A DNA stretch of 64,000 nucleotides from an uncultured Candidatus Saccharibacteria bacterium (GTDB lineage: Bacteria; Patescibacteriota; Doudnabacteria; UBA920), in assembly GCA_964474825.1 (NCBI GenBank), contig CAYYWQ010000001.1:820152-884151 (forward strand), in the 5' to 3' direction. The translations under genes were made by a program, and so were the position numbers. How positions within the stretch are numbered: the stretch's first letter is position 1; the number at the start of each line of letters is the position of its first letter. Of the stretch, positions 10,655 to 20,134 are shown piece by piece. The notes under the pieces are model-generated. The model was not told the DNA's origin. It saw nothing but the letters and a program-made list of their open reading frames with translations, and did not search any database.

Positions 10655-11689
10655 ATGGCAGAAAAAAAACATTTACCAACATATTTAATAGTAATAAGCT
10701 ACTGCGTCGCAGTATTTGTGGGAGCGGCGGGAGCTTCGGTCATTTGGCATAATGGCGGCCAAAAAACCTTACAAACAGTTGCCGCGCAAATTAAGCCGTT
10801 GCGGCAAAAAAATAACCCTTACCAATATATTAATCCCCTGCTGGGTTATGAAGTACCCGGCAATATTAAAGAGTTTAACGACTACGAGCCATTGCGGCAC
10901 AAAATTACCGAGGTCATTAACCAAAACATTGAACATAAACCCGACAGCTACGCTATTTATTTCCGCGATATAACCTTAGGACGCTGGAGCGGTGTCAATG
11001 AAGACACAGCCTACGCGCCCGCCAGTATGATGAAGGTCGTTATAATGATAGCTTACTTTAAGCAGGCGGAAACCGACCCGAACTTACTGGAAAAAACTTA
11101 TACCTACTCTTCCGCGGTTGGAAGCCAAATTAATGAAGTGCCTTTTGAAACTCCTTCGGAGCTGCAAATAAATAAAAGCTACACTGTGCGCCAGTTAATT
11201 GACGCCATGATAATCAATTCGGACAACGGCGCTAAAAATGTTTTACTGGATAATTTAAACCAAAATAACCTGGACGAAATTTATACCGACCTTGGACTGC
11301 CAAACCCCAGCCAGTCGGACAATTACCTAATAACGCCTAAGCAATTTTCTCTTCTGCTTCGCGTCCTTTATAACGGCAACTATTTAAGCCGCCAATATTC
11401 CGAACTGGCGCTGCAAATTATGAGCCAAGCCAAATACAACGAAGGCTTAGTCTCAGGGCTTCCAACCGGAACAACAGTGGCCCAAAAGTTTGGGGAAAAT
11501 ATCAGCACCGCGGAAGACTCTCTTACGATCACCCTGTCTAACTGCGGGATAATTTACCACCCCGGACACCCTTACATTTTATGTGTTATGACCAAGGGCT
11601 CAGACTTAAGTGGCCTTACCAAAACTATTGTTTCCATTTCCAGAGCTGTCTGGGAGGAGGTTGACTCTTACGCAAACAATAAAAAATAG
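10655..11689 (+). CDS. Class A beta-lactamase-like serine hydrolase (Beta-lactamase2 family), membrane anchored
   Basis: SxxK (ASMMK), SDN and KTG-position motif (AQKFG); N-terminal TM. Confidence 0.85.
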   Translation: MAEKKHLPTYLIVISYCVAVFVGAAGASVIWHNGGQKTLQTVAAQIKPLRQKNNPYQYINPLLGYEVPGNIKEFNDYEPLRHKITEVINQNIEHKPDSYAIYFRDITLGRWSGVNEDTAYAPASMMKVVIMIAYFKQAETDPNLLEKTYTYSSAVGSQINEVPFETPSELQINKSYTVRQLIDAMIINSDNGAKNVLLDNLNQNNLDEIYTDLGLPNPSQSDNYLITPKQFSLLLRVLYNGNYLSRQYSELALQIMSQAKYNEGLVSGLPTGTTVAQKFGENISTAEDSLTITLSNCGIIYHPGHPYILCVMTKGSDLSGLTKTIVSISRAVWEEVDSYANNKK

Positions 11690-11722
11690 AAAAAAGGACA
11701 AACCATAAATTTCCCATATTAT

Positions 11723-11751
11723 AAAAGCACCCCCACTCAGGGGTGCTTTTT
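11723..11751. terminator. Bidirectional terminator
   Basis: AAAAGCACCCC..GGGGTGCTTTT between convergent genes. Confidence 0.75.
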
Positions 11752-11776
11752 AAATTGCAATAAAGTAACCTAAATT

Positions 11777-11989
11777 TTACTTGTCAGTATCCGGAATCAA
11801 GCCCTGGGTAATTAACACTGACCGCTGTTTTACGATTTCCGCGTCTTCCCCATAAAACAAACACAACCTGCCACAGCCGCGGCATTTAACTTCTAAAACT
11901 GTTGCGGAGTCATGTAGAGAGCCTTTGCAAAGAAGTTTATTACAAACCTTGCAGCGGTATTCTTTAAAAAATTTTGAGTCAATCGTCAT
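11777..11989 (-). CDS. Mu Com-like zinc-ribbon protein
   Basis: EYRCKVCNKLL..LEVKCRGC, the typical Com-type CxxC pair. Confidence 0.7.
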   Translation of the reverse strand: MTIDSKFFKEYRCKVCNKLLCKGSLHDSATVLEVKCRGCGRLCLFYGEDAEIVKQRSVLITQGLIPDTDK

Positions 11990-12055
11990 AGAAAATAATA
12001 AGTCTTACTACTATATACAATCACTTTTATCCGGTCCTGTCAAATAAGCTTCTGT

Positions 12056-12096
12056 AAAAAACAACCCCGCCCTGTCTTGCGACAGGGCGGGTTGTC
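12056..12096 (-). terminator. Terminator of the S-layer-like gene
   Basis: ACAACCCCGCCCTGTC..GACAGGGCGGGTTGT long GC stem plus A tract. Confidence 0.8.
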
Positions 12097-12147
12097 TTAA
12101 ACTTTTTGCAACTGGTTTAAGTCAGTACCTTATTTCTGGCTAAACGA

Positions 12148-15100
12148 CTAGTTGTGGATTGACACAGAGTTAGTCGGGTAGTTCGGAATATAAGTGGCTG
12201 TTAAGCTGGCGCCGTTAACGTTGTTGGTCTGTTTGACCGCAATGTTATCAGCGTTGCTGTTTACGTCTTTAAACGTAAATCCGGTAGCCGCACCCATTGT
12301 AACGGAGATAGTAGCACCAGGAGAGGCGGCAAATGTACCACCAACAGGCACCTGAATGTTATATGTCTTGCTTGTACCGGCACCAATTGTGTTGTCGGTA
12401 GACAAGGTTACAACAGTGGATCCGGAACCGCCGCTGGAAACTACCACAGCAGTGCTGCTGGCAGTTACACTTTGTCCTGTAGCATCGTCAACTATAGTGA
12501 CGCCTGCGCCGTTAATGATGGTGGTTGAAGCACCGCCAGAAGCGCTAAAGGTCAAAGGCAAGTTCCTGACAATAATATCACCCGCAGCGTTCGCAGTAAT
12601 AGTAACTTTGGCGACAGTTTGTGTGCCTGCAGTTAACAAAGCAGACGGAGCCGCAATGCTAACAGTAGGAGCGCTGCCTACCAAGTTAAAGCTGTTAGTA
12701 GCTGTGTTGTAGTAGTTGTCGTGGGTTGTACCACCGGCAATATACTTAACGTGGGTCAAGTTAACAGTGAATACCTGGTTACCGGTTTTGCCACCGACAC
12801 CAACGTTACCAAGGTTCATAGTAACCGGTACGTCTACACCGCTATAGGTGGTTGGAACAACAATGTTCAAACCAGAAATAGTTGTAGTAGCACCGACTAC
12901 GTTCCCGAGAACGCCGGCCGCAGTAATTCCAGTAACTGGGACTTCGTTAACCGTGCTAGTAGCCATAAAGTCTAACTGAGTAATAGTCAGACCGCCACTA
13001 GCGGCAACAAAGTTAAAGGTACCAGCTGGTTGGTTCTGGCCGCCCGCAATGACAAAGGAGTCGATTGGGGAAGAGGCCTTAAGAGTCAAAGAGCTGATTG
13101 TACCAACACCAACAGTAATGAGCTGACCGGTTACAGAGTTACCAGCAGAAGCAGCGCTCACAGTGGACACGCCTCCGTCAGTTGTTAAGTAAACAGTCTG
13201 GCTGCTGGTTGTACCAATACCCGTACCAGTTAAGCTGGGCTGTAAGGTACCAGAAGTGTTGCTGATGTCAGCATAGACATCAACAGTAGCAGTCTGGTTC
13301 ATAGCCACAGTGAAGTTAACGCTAAACTGGGTGGAAGAAGCGCCGGTCATTGGCGTGGTTCCGCTCGGGAAATCCGGAGTCACCAGGTAAAGGTTAGCAA
13401 TACCGGTGGACGGAGTAATCGAGTTGTTAGCGCCGGCAACAAAGGTGACAGTAAGAGTATTAACTCTTACTCCGTCAGCCTGGCTGGCCTGGATTACGAA
13501 CGAACCAATTTTCTGCTTGGTTAAGTTCGGGGCAATTGTTTGGTTGTTATAAGCAGTATTCTTACCTGTGGTCGCGGAGCTGGCAGAAACAGTCTGGGCT
13601 GTGCCAGTGTAGGTACTACCGGCTGTCGGACCTAAGGTGAAGGAGGTTACGCCCTGGAAAGAAGAAGTGGTGGTTGTCACCAAATCAGCTCTAACCGTGG
13701 CCACTCCGGTGTTGCTTACTAGGGTGTTATCACCCTTAACTGTAACAGTTACAGTCTGGCCGGCCGGGATTGTGAACAAATTGGTCGTGCCATAGGTGTA
13801 AGAAATTACACCGGTACTGTCAGCAGTTGAAGTGGAGTAAAGCGCGCTCTGGGAAGAACCGACGCTACCACCGTTAACATACAAAGAAAGGTTATTGAAA
13901 CCTTCTGTGGCTCCAGCGGAAGCTACAGCTCCAGCCGCGTTCTTGTAAGTCAAAGTGACTTTCAAGGTTTGAACTTTCACATCTTCACCATAAGCCTTCA
14001 TAGTCCATTGGCCTAAGGTTACGTTGGAAGCGTTCTTAACGAACTGGTTTTGGGTGTACGTAGGATCAGTCTGGATGCTGACTGTACCGCTGTTAACAGA
14101 GGTCAAGCCAGGATTTAACTGAACAATGGTCGCACCGCTGCTGCCAGTCAAAGGAACGTTAACGCCGTAGCTTGAGTCCAAGAACAAGGCGTCAGTAGAA
14201 GACTGGATGGTAAATTCGTAGTTGTAGGAAGAACCTTTAACTACATCACCATGAAGTTCAATAGTGTGGCTGCCTGTGTTCAAGTTAACCGGGCTGCCGG
14301 ATAAGTCGAAGATAACCACATTGGTGTTGGCACCGCTGTTCATAACGGAAGCAGTGCTGCCGGCTTGGGAGCCGTCCACCATCAGTTTAAGATTTTGGAT
14401 AGCGTCTGCAGCGACGGAACCAATTTGCTTGAACTGAATGTACTGTAACTTAACAGCTCTCTGGCTGACTGAAACAGTCGTACCCCAGAGGTTAGCATTC
14501 ATAGTGCCGGCATTAATGCTGCCCGCGGTACCAGCGCTGGCGCCGGAACCGGTAATGACACTGTTCATGTTGCTGTTAACGCTCAACTGCACGCTAGCGA
14601 CATCGCTAACCGCGGCAATGTTGAATAAGTTACCAGTAATGGAGGTAGACATTGGGGTGCCGTTGGCAACCGTGTAGGAAGCCAATTGAGCGCCTACTGT
14701 CTGACCGGAAACGGAGCTGGCCACGTCAACTCTCACGCCAATAACGGCAGAGCCATTAACTGTGAACAAACCGTTGGAATTTGCAAAGGTTACCTGTCCG
14801 TTGGAGAACGTACCGGCATCGGTGATGCGGTTGTTGCCCATGTAGAGGTAAACATTGTTGATGCTGGTGTCAGAAGAAACACCAGTTCTCTTAATAACAA
14901 CCTGGGTTACAGTGCCTGTGCCGCTAAAGGCAAAGTGGGCAATGTCAGCGCCAGTTTGGCTACCTCGTGTAGTAACAGAGGAGGAAACCAAGGTGTTAGC
15001 AGCCGGGGTGTCGGAGGAAAGCATAGCGCTTACGCTGCCGTTAACTACCGGAGGCTGATTTGGGTTGCCTGGGTTGCTACCAGTTGTCCAAGTCGGGTTC

Positions 15101-15777
15101 AATTGGCCAGCTTGGCGGGCTACCATGACGCCAGTTTGGGTCAAAGCTTTGTCCGCTGTGTTGGCCGGAACCACGTCGCTGAAGGAATAGCCCCAGCTGT
15201 TGAAGGTGGTAAGGTCAGGAATACCCAATAAGCCGTTGCTGCCGACTAATTGGACTGTACCGCCGTTATTGACCAAAACACCTGTGCGGTGAGCAGCAGT
15301 TGTGTTGTCAATGTTGGAGGTTTTGCTTAAGAAGGAAGAATCACCATACTGTGCGCGGCTAAAGCTAAAGCCGTTGCCGGTGAACACGGAAGCGCTGGTA
15401 AAAGCGGCTTTCATGCCTCCGGTGACCAAGGCACATTCGCCTTTGACATCGGAACCTTTAGTAGCGGTGGCACAGAAGATTTTGCCGTCTTGCGGAGGAA
15501 TGAATCCAGCCGAGTCAACAGGCAAATTGAGGTCATCCGAGTTAGCATCTACTACGGTCGCAAACGAGTTGAAACCATAAGAAGTAAATGCTCCCGCGGA
15601 GGTGTAGGCGCGGCGGGTGCCACTGGAAGTAATGTACCAGATGGTGCCATCCGAGCTTTTGACGTTTGTGCCTACGCCGTGCGCAGCAGCGTGAGCTGCT
15701 AACGGGGCGACTAGGGACGCAACCATCGCGGCAGCGGAACCTACAGCAAAGATTTTCTTTGCGAGAGTATCTTGCAT
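12148..15777 (-). CDS. Large secreted S/T/G/N-rich beta-sandwich surface (S-layer-like) protein, 1209 aa
   Basis: Signal peptide ending AHAAA; repeated N-terminal F.SYGF..V.AN..D modules; Ig-like tandem domains; SD AAGGAG; strong promoter and terminator. Confidence 0.75.
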   Translation of the reverse strand: MQDTLAKKIFAVGSAAAMVASLVAPLAAHAAAHGVGTNVKSSDGTIWYITSSGTRRAYTSAGAFTSYGFNSFATVVDANSDDLNLPVDSAGFIPPQDGKIFCATATKGSDVKGECALVTGGMKAAFTSASVFTGNGFSFSRAQYGDSSFLSKTSNIDNTTAAHRTGVLVNNGGTVQLVGSNGLLGIPDLTTFNSWGYSFSDVVPANTADKALTQTGVMVARQAGQLNPTWTTGSNPGNPNQPPVVNGSVSAMLSSDTPAANTLVSSSVTTRGSQTGADIAHFAFSGTGTVTQVVIKRTGVSSDTSINNVYLYMGNNRITDAGTFSNGQVTFANSNGLFTVNGSAVIGVRVDVASSVSGQTVGAQLASYTVANGTPMSTSITGNLFNIAAVSDVASVQLSVNSNMNSVITGSGASAGTAGSINAGTMNANLWGTTVSVSQRAVKLQYIQFKQIGSVAADAIQNLKLMVDGSQAGSTASVMNSGANTNVVIFDLSGSPVNLNTGSHTIELHGDVVKGSSYNYEFTIQSSTDALFLDSSYGVNVPLTGSSGATIVQLNPGLTSVNSGTVSIQTDPTYTQNQFVKNASNVTLGQWTMKAYGEDVKVQTLKVTLTYKNAAGAVASAGATEGFNNLSLYVNGGSVGSSQSALYSTSTADSTGVISYTYGTTNLFTIPAGQTVTVTVKGDNTLVSNTGVATVRADLVTTTTSSFQGVTSFTLGPTAGSTYTGTAQTVSASSATTGKNTAYNNQTIAPNLTKQKIGSFVIQASQADGVRVNTLTVTFVAGANNSITPSTGIANLYLVTPDFPSGTTPMTGASSTQFSVNFTVAMNQTATVDVYADISNTSGTLQPSLTGTGIGTTSSQTVYLTTDGGVSTVSAASAGNSVTGQLITVGVGTISSLTLKASSPIDSFVIAGGQNQPAGTFNFVAASGGLTITQLDFMATSTVNEVPVTGITAAGVLGNVVGATTTISGLNIVVPTTYSGVDVPVTMNLGNVGVGGKTGNQVFTVNLTHVKYIAGGTTHDNYYNTATNSFNLVGSAPTVSIAAPSALLTAGTQTVAKVTITANAAGDIIVRNLPLTFSASGGASTTIINGAGVTIVDDATGQSVTASSTAVVVSSGGSGSTVVTLSTDNTIGAGTSKTYNIQVPVGGTFAASPGATISVTMGAATGFTFKDVNSNADNIAVKQTNNVNGASLTATYIPNYPTNSVSIHN

Positions 15778-16405
15778 TTTATTATATTGCTCCTTTTCCA
15801 GGATTGATTATTCAATTGAGACAATCAATTGGTCTGGAAAAATTTTAATTAATGTTTTCCCAATTCGCATTGGGACACCCCCCTGTCCTTTAAACTATTG
15901 TCGCTCTAGAGATCAACAAAGGCTTAAAAATACAAAGGTGTGATTATTGGTATCCTAAGAAGGAACTTTAACGCCAACAGATCGACCTTGGCACAAAATG
16001 TTCTTTGTATATTTTCCCCAAGCATGGAACTAAAATACGCAAAGCTTTTTGGCCCAGTTAGCTGGCACCTTAATAGGTCAATAACTAAAGTTGTAAAAGA
16101 CAACTAAAGAATGACTCGAAACGCTTTTAAAACTACAGTTGTATAAACGCTATAGTTTTTGGCTTTGTTTCAAGCTTCTAGAGTTATCTAACACCAAGAC
16201 GGGCTAAAGCAGTGGTATGTTACAGCCGTGTTGATGTTTCTGACCAAATGGTTTTTAAGACACAAAAAGCCAGGAAATCCACACAAATTTTAGCTTATTT
16301 AAGGCTAATTTATAAATTTGTGGATATTTCCTGACCTTCTAATTCACAGGCTGTGTATAAATTGGAGATGACGGTAATCAAGCTCTGTTTGAACATATTA
16401 ACCGC

Positions 16406-16434
16406 ATTATAACAGAAGAGCTTAAGGTTGTCAA
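16406..16434 (-). promoter_or_regulatory. Consensus sigma70 promoter TTGACA-17-TATAAT with extended -10, ~620 nt upstream of the S-layer-like gene
   Basis: Minus strand TTGACA accttaagctcttctgt TATAAT. Confidence 0.8.
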
Positions 16435-16465
16435 AGTAAAACAGAAAAATAAAATTAGTGTTCTA

Positions 16466-16539
16466 TGGTCGGGATGCAGGGAATTGAACCCTGTCTACCT
16501 GCTCCCAAAGCAGGCGTACTACCGGTATACGACATCCCG
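16466..16539 (-). tRNA. tRNA-Pro(UGG)
   Basis: CGGGATG acceptor stem, anticodon arm CCTGC-TT TGG GA-GCAGG, GTTCAATTC T-loop, encoded CCA. Confidence 0.95.
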
Positions 16540-16609
16540 TAAAACCTTTACAAATCTTAGCATTAAAAAAATAACAGGGCAATGCCCTGTTATTCCGATA
16601 AACTGATAA

Positions 16610-17452
16610 TTACTTAATCAGAGCATTCCAATCTTGAGCAAATTTTTCTAACCCCTTATCTGTAAGTTCGTGATTAACATCATAACTTTCCCATGGCTGG
16701 TCTAAATTTATTTCCTTGTATGGAATTGGCTTAAGATTTTTATTCTCGATTCTAGATTCTAGATTCTTCATTCCAGAAGCCTTCCACTCTTTTAGGACCT
16801 TAAGTGGCACAGTGAGAATATCGGACCCTAGCTCAATTGCTTTAACCATATGCTCTGGGTTGCGAACAGAGGCAGTTAAAACTTCTACATGCCCGTCTCC
16901 GCTGTTATACATTTTTATTATATTTTCAATCAGATCCATGCCATTTTCTCCTCTGTCGTCTAAACGGCCAATGAACGGGGAGACATAAACTTGTCCTTTA
17001 GAAGCGCCCTTGGTAGCCGCATAAATTGCCGCAGCCTGGTCTTGGCTAAAGACCAGGGTCATATTTACCCTAAGACCGTCTTTTACAGCCAATTCAGCGG
17101 CTTTTAGGCCTTCTGAGGTAGTTGGAAACTTAATATGGGCATTGGAAATCCACTGGTTAAACCCTGTTCCCTGCTCAAGCATTTCTTCGGCAGGCGTGTC
17201 CTTGTCAGCATAAACTTCTATAGAAACAGATCCCTCTGGTATTAAGTCCGAAACCCGTTTTGCCACGCTTTCATAAAAATTTAAAATCTCAGCCGCGGAA
17301 AATTTCTTGCCAACAGCGCCGGGGTTTTTGGCAATAAGAGAAGGATTAGTGGTTTGGCCGTCTAAAAAACCAAGCACCTTCAAAGCCTCCCTCGTTTCCG
17401 CCGGATCCCCGCTGTCTAAAAAAATTTTAGTTTTTAAATTTTGGGGCCTCAT
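16610..17452 (-). CDS. tal: Transaldolase
   Basis: IFLDS, GQTTNPSLI, HIKFP, VNMTLVFS and YVSPFIGRLDD motifs. Confidence 0.93.
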   Translation of the reverse strand: MRPQNLKTKIFLDSGDPAETREALKVLGFLDGQTTNPSLIAKNPGAVGKKFSAAEILNFYESVAKRVSDLIPEGSVSIEVYADKDTPAEEMLEQGTGFNQWISNAHIKFPTTSEGLKAAELAVKDGLRVNMTLVFSQDQAAAIYAATKGASKGQVYVSPFIGRLDDRGENGMDLIENIIKMYNSGDGHVEVLTASVRNPEHMVKAIELGSDILTVPLKVLKEWKASGMKNLESRIENKNLKPIPYKEINLDQPWESYDVNHELTDKGLEKFAQDWNALIK

Positions 17453-17453
17453 G

Positions 17454-17923
17454 CTGTCTTTACTAACTACTAATAGTTACTAATATACTAATCAAGATTT
17501 ACAATCCTTTTATAATGCACACCTCTCGGAGCAAAATAGACTAATATCCCCAATTTTAAATTCTTAGCAACAAGATACTGATAAACTTGTTTAATGTGTG
17601 CCGAAGAAAAATGGTCGCCTTTTTTTAATTCCAATACAATAATATTTTCTATTAAAAAATCAAAAAAGTTTCTGCCAACAATTTTATCCCCAAACATTAC
17701 CGGCGCATACAATTGCTCTGTAAACTTGAATCCCGCTTGCCTTAAAGCTTCTGCCACTGCCTTTTGATAGGTTTTCTCGTCATAGCCATAACCGAGTTGG
17801 TTAAAAACGTTCATCACGCTCCCAACTATTCTATAGCACTCATCTTTATAAACCAAGCCGTCTCTTTTGTTGCCTTCTGCAGTCATTAGTATATTAGTAC
17901 AGATTCGTAGTTAGTAAAGACAG
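17454..17923 (-). mobile_element. Candidate element: GxxExxY gene bracketed by 39 bp imperfect inverted repeats
   Basis: Arm 17454-17492 matches the reverse complement of 17885-17923 at 35/39. Same arms without the gene at 36705 and 39088. Confidence 0.6.
17488..17886 (-). CDS. GxxExxY protein (PD-(D/E)XK nuclease-like fold)
   Basis: LGYGYDEKTYQ motif, FDFLIE..IVLELK, Q..YL..LGILVYF. Confidence 0.9.
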   Translation of the reverse strand: MTAEGNKRDGLVYKDECYRIVGSVMNVFNQLGYGYDEKTYQKAVAEALRQAGFKFTEQLYAPVMFGDKIVGRNFFDFLIENIIVLELKKGDHFSSAHIKQVYQYLVAKNLKLGILVYFAPRGVHYKRIVNLD

Positions 17924-17927
17924 AAGA

Positions 17928-18635
17928 CTATCCAAATAGATGCTTGTCTTTGGAAAGCACTTTAATTAACTCGTAAGCTTCCTCAGCGTTGTCTACTAAA
18001 GAGTAAAGAGCCATGTCCTCTTTATTTATTGCTTTATTTTTTTCGTAAACAACTTTTGTTATCCATTCTAATAACGGCTGCCAAAAGGCTTTGTTAACTA
18101 AGATTATTGGTACGGCTTTTATTTTTTTGGTTTGGGTTAGGGTTATCATTTCAAACAATTCGTCTAAAGTACCAAAGCCGCCAGGGAAAAAAACATACAC
18201 CTGGGAAGCGTACTCGAGCATAACTTTTCTGGTAAAAAAGAAAGAAAAGGATTCGTATTCTTTTACGAATTGGTTGGTGCGCTGCTCAAACGGCAGGCGG
18301 ATGTTAATTCCGACCGATTTTCCTCCAGCCTCGTAAGCCCCTTTATTTGCAGCTTCCATAATGCCAGGGCCGCCGCCGGTCATAATGGCAAAACCGGCCT
18401 TGGAAAGCATATTACCAAGCTGCGTGGCTTCTTCGTAAACGCCGTTTTGCAGACCCACCCTGGCGCTACCCATTACGCTCACAGCTTTTTTGTAATGCCT
18501 TAAAAATTCAAAACCCTTAATAAATTCCGCGGTGATTTTGTTTATCATCCACTGCGGAATTTCCCGCATATGCCCTTTACGGACTTTTTCTAAATGCTCA
18601 ATGGGTTTGAATGCAGCTTTTTTTGTTTCAGGCAT
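17928..18635 (-). CDS. LOG family Rossmann-fold protein (TIGR00730-like)
   Basis: [24 protein letters not shown] and PGGFGTLDE motifs. Confidence 0.93.
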   Translation of the reverse strand: MPETKKAAFKPIEHLEKVRKGHMREIPQWMINKITAEFIKGFEFLRHYKKAVSVMGSARVGLQNGVYEEATQLGNMLSKAGFAIMTGGGPGIMEAANKGAYEAGGKSVGINIRLPFEQRTNQFVKEYESFSFFFTRKVMLEYASQVYVFFPGGFGTLDELFEMITLTQTKKIKAVPIILVNKAFWQPLLEWITKVVYEKNKAINKEDMALYSLVDNAEEAYELIKVLSKDKHLFG

Positions 18636-18690
18636 AAATTAATTGACTAGATTGACATGAATGATCAAGATTGGGCAAAAACGGCATTTA

Positions 18691-18739
18691 TGTCGTCCCG
18701 AATGCAATGAGGGACCCCTCGGCTGCACTCGGGATGACA
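18691..18739. repeat. GTCATCCCGAG-type palindromic intergenic repeat
   Basis: TGTCGTCCCGA..TCGGGATGACA; related to the element at 34031-34136. Confidence 0.6.
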
Positions 18740-18789
18740 ACCATGATATCTTATAGGATTGTCACTTTTTAAATTTTGTTCAATGCTAT

Positions 18790-19839
18790 TTAGTCTTGCG
18801 TTGCTTCCCCGCCTGTTCCTGCTTCAAATCCTTTTTCCATTTCGGCAGAATATTTTCCCAAGGAAGCCAAGCTGTTCATTTTAGCGCGGTGCATAAAAAC
18901 TTTTTGCGCGGCTTCAAAATTTTCTTTCTTTCCCTGCCAAGTTTTTGTAGCTCCGTCCTGAAGCGCTCTGGCAAAAGAGAACGTTAAAGCCCAAGGAAGG
19001 TCACCGGTTTTATGCATGGCGTTTAAATTGGCCGTGGCTTCCAGCTCGCTCTGTCCGCCGCTTAAAAACGCTTGTCCAACTAATTCATTTGGTAAAATTT
19101 TCTTAAATACTCTTAAAGTTGCCTCTGCAACTTGCTCAGGCGTGGCTTTTTGAGCCGACCCTTTTCCCGGAATAACCATACTGGTTTTTAAAATTATTCC
19201 TTCAGTGGCCACGCCAGCGACTTTAAGTTCAGAAAATAGCGCGGTTAAAATTTTCTCGCTAGCTGCTTCGCTTTGCTCTATAGTATGGTCGCCCTCTATT
19301 AATACTTCCGGCTCTACCATAGGAACTAAGCCGTTTTCTTGGCAAACTAAAGCGTAGGCCGCTAAATCTTTAGCATTTTGGGCAATATTTGCGTCTGTTG
19401 GTGTGCCTTCACCAATAGTTATTACAGAACGCCACTTGCAGAATTTTGCTCCCAAAGCTACATATTCTTTTAGTCTGTCCCCAAGCCCTTCCAGACCTTT
19501 AGTGATTTTTTCTCCTTTATCACCAAAATCAACCAAACCTAAATCTACTTTTATTCCCGGTAAAATTCCTTCGCTCTGTAAAACAGAAACAAACGAGCGT
19601 CCGTCCGCAAGCGATTGCCGAATAGTTTCGTCGTGTAAAATTACTCCGCTAATATATTCACCCTCTCCCGGAGCAGTTAAAAGCATTTCGCGGAAAGCTT
19701 TTCTATTGGGCTCGTTGTTTTCCAAATTAATAGATGAAAAACGTTTACCTACCGTTTTTTCGCTCTCGTCCGCCGCCAAAATCCCCTTCCCCGGCGCAAC
19801 CATTTGTTTAGCAATTTTATTTAATTCTTGTGTATTCAT
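18790..19839 (-). CDS. Class I fructose-bisphosphate aldolase (eukaryote/plant-type)
   Basis: GKGILAADES, GIKVD, KWR, VEPEVL, FLSGGQS and FSFARALQ motifs. Confidence 0.95.
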   Translation of the reverse strand: MNTQELNKIAKQMVAPGKGILAADESEKTVGKRFSSINLENNEPNRKAFREMLLTAPGEGEYISGVILHDETIRQSLADGRSFVSVLQSEGILPGIKVDLGLVDFGDKGEKITKGLEGLGDRLKEYVALGAKFCKWRSVITIGEGTPTDANIAQNAKDLAAYALVCQENGLVPMVEPEVLIEGDHTIEQSEAASEKILTALFSELKVAGVATEGIILKTSMVIPGKGSAQKATPEQVAEATLRVFKKILPNELVGQAFLSGGQSELEATANLNAMHKTGDLPWALTFSFARALQDGATKTWQGKKENFEAAQKVFMHRAKMNSLASLGKYSAEMEKGFEAGTGGEATQD

Positions 19840-20132
19840 AAATTTTCTCCTTTATCAATTTTTTCTTTTAACAACTTAACTCTTTTTAATAAATCATCTT
19901 TCTCTTCCTGAGTTAATGCTCTTTTAAGCGCTTGTTCACCTTCCGAAACAAAAATATTTAGCACCCACTCAGGACTCTTTCCCTCTTTAAGAGAATCTAT
20001 AACATTTCTACGAAGATGGTCATAAAAAAACTTGCCCACATCATCACTTGATAAATCTCCTTCCAATTCTCTTCTCCAATTTTGTAAATCTTCTACTGGA
20101 ATTTTCCCTGTAAGCTTTTCTGTATCTCGCAT
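19836..20132 (-). CDS. Hypothetical charged protein (AT-rich ORFan)
   Basis: 98 aa ORF filling the gap between glpX and the aldolase; ATGA overlap. Confidence 0.65.
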   Translation of the reverse strand: MRDTEKLTGKIPVEDLQNWRRELEGDLSSDDVGKFFYDHLRRNVIDSLKEGKSPEWVLNIFVSEGEQALKRALTQEEKDDLLKRVKLLKEKIDKGENL

Positions 20133-20134
20133 TT

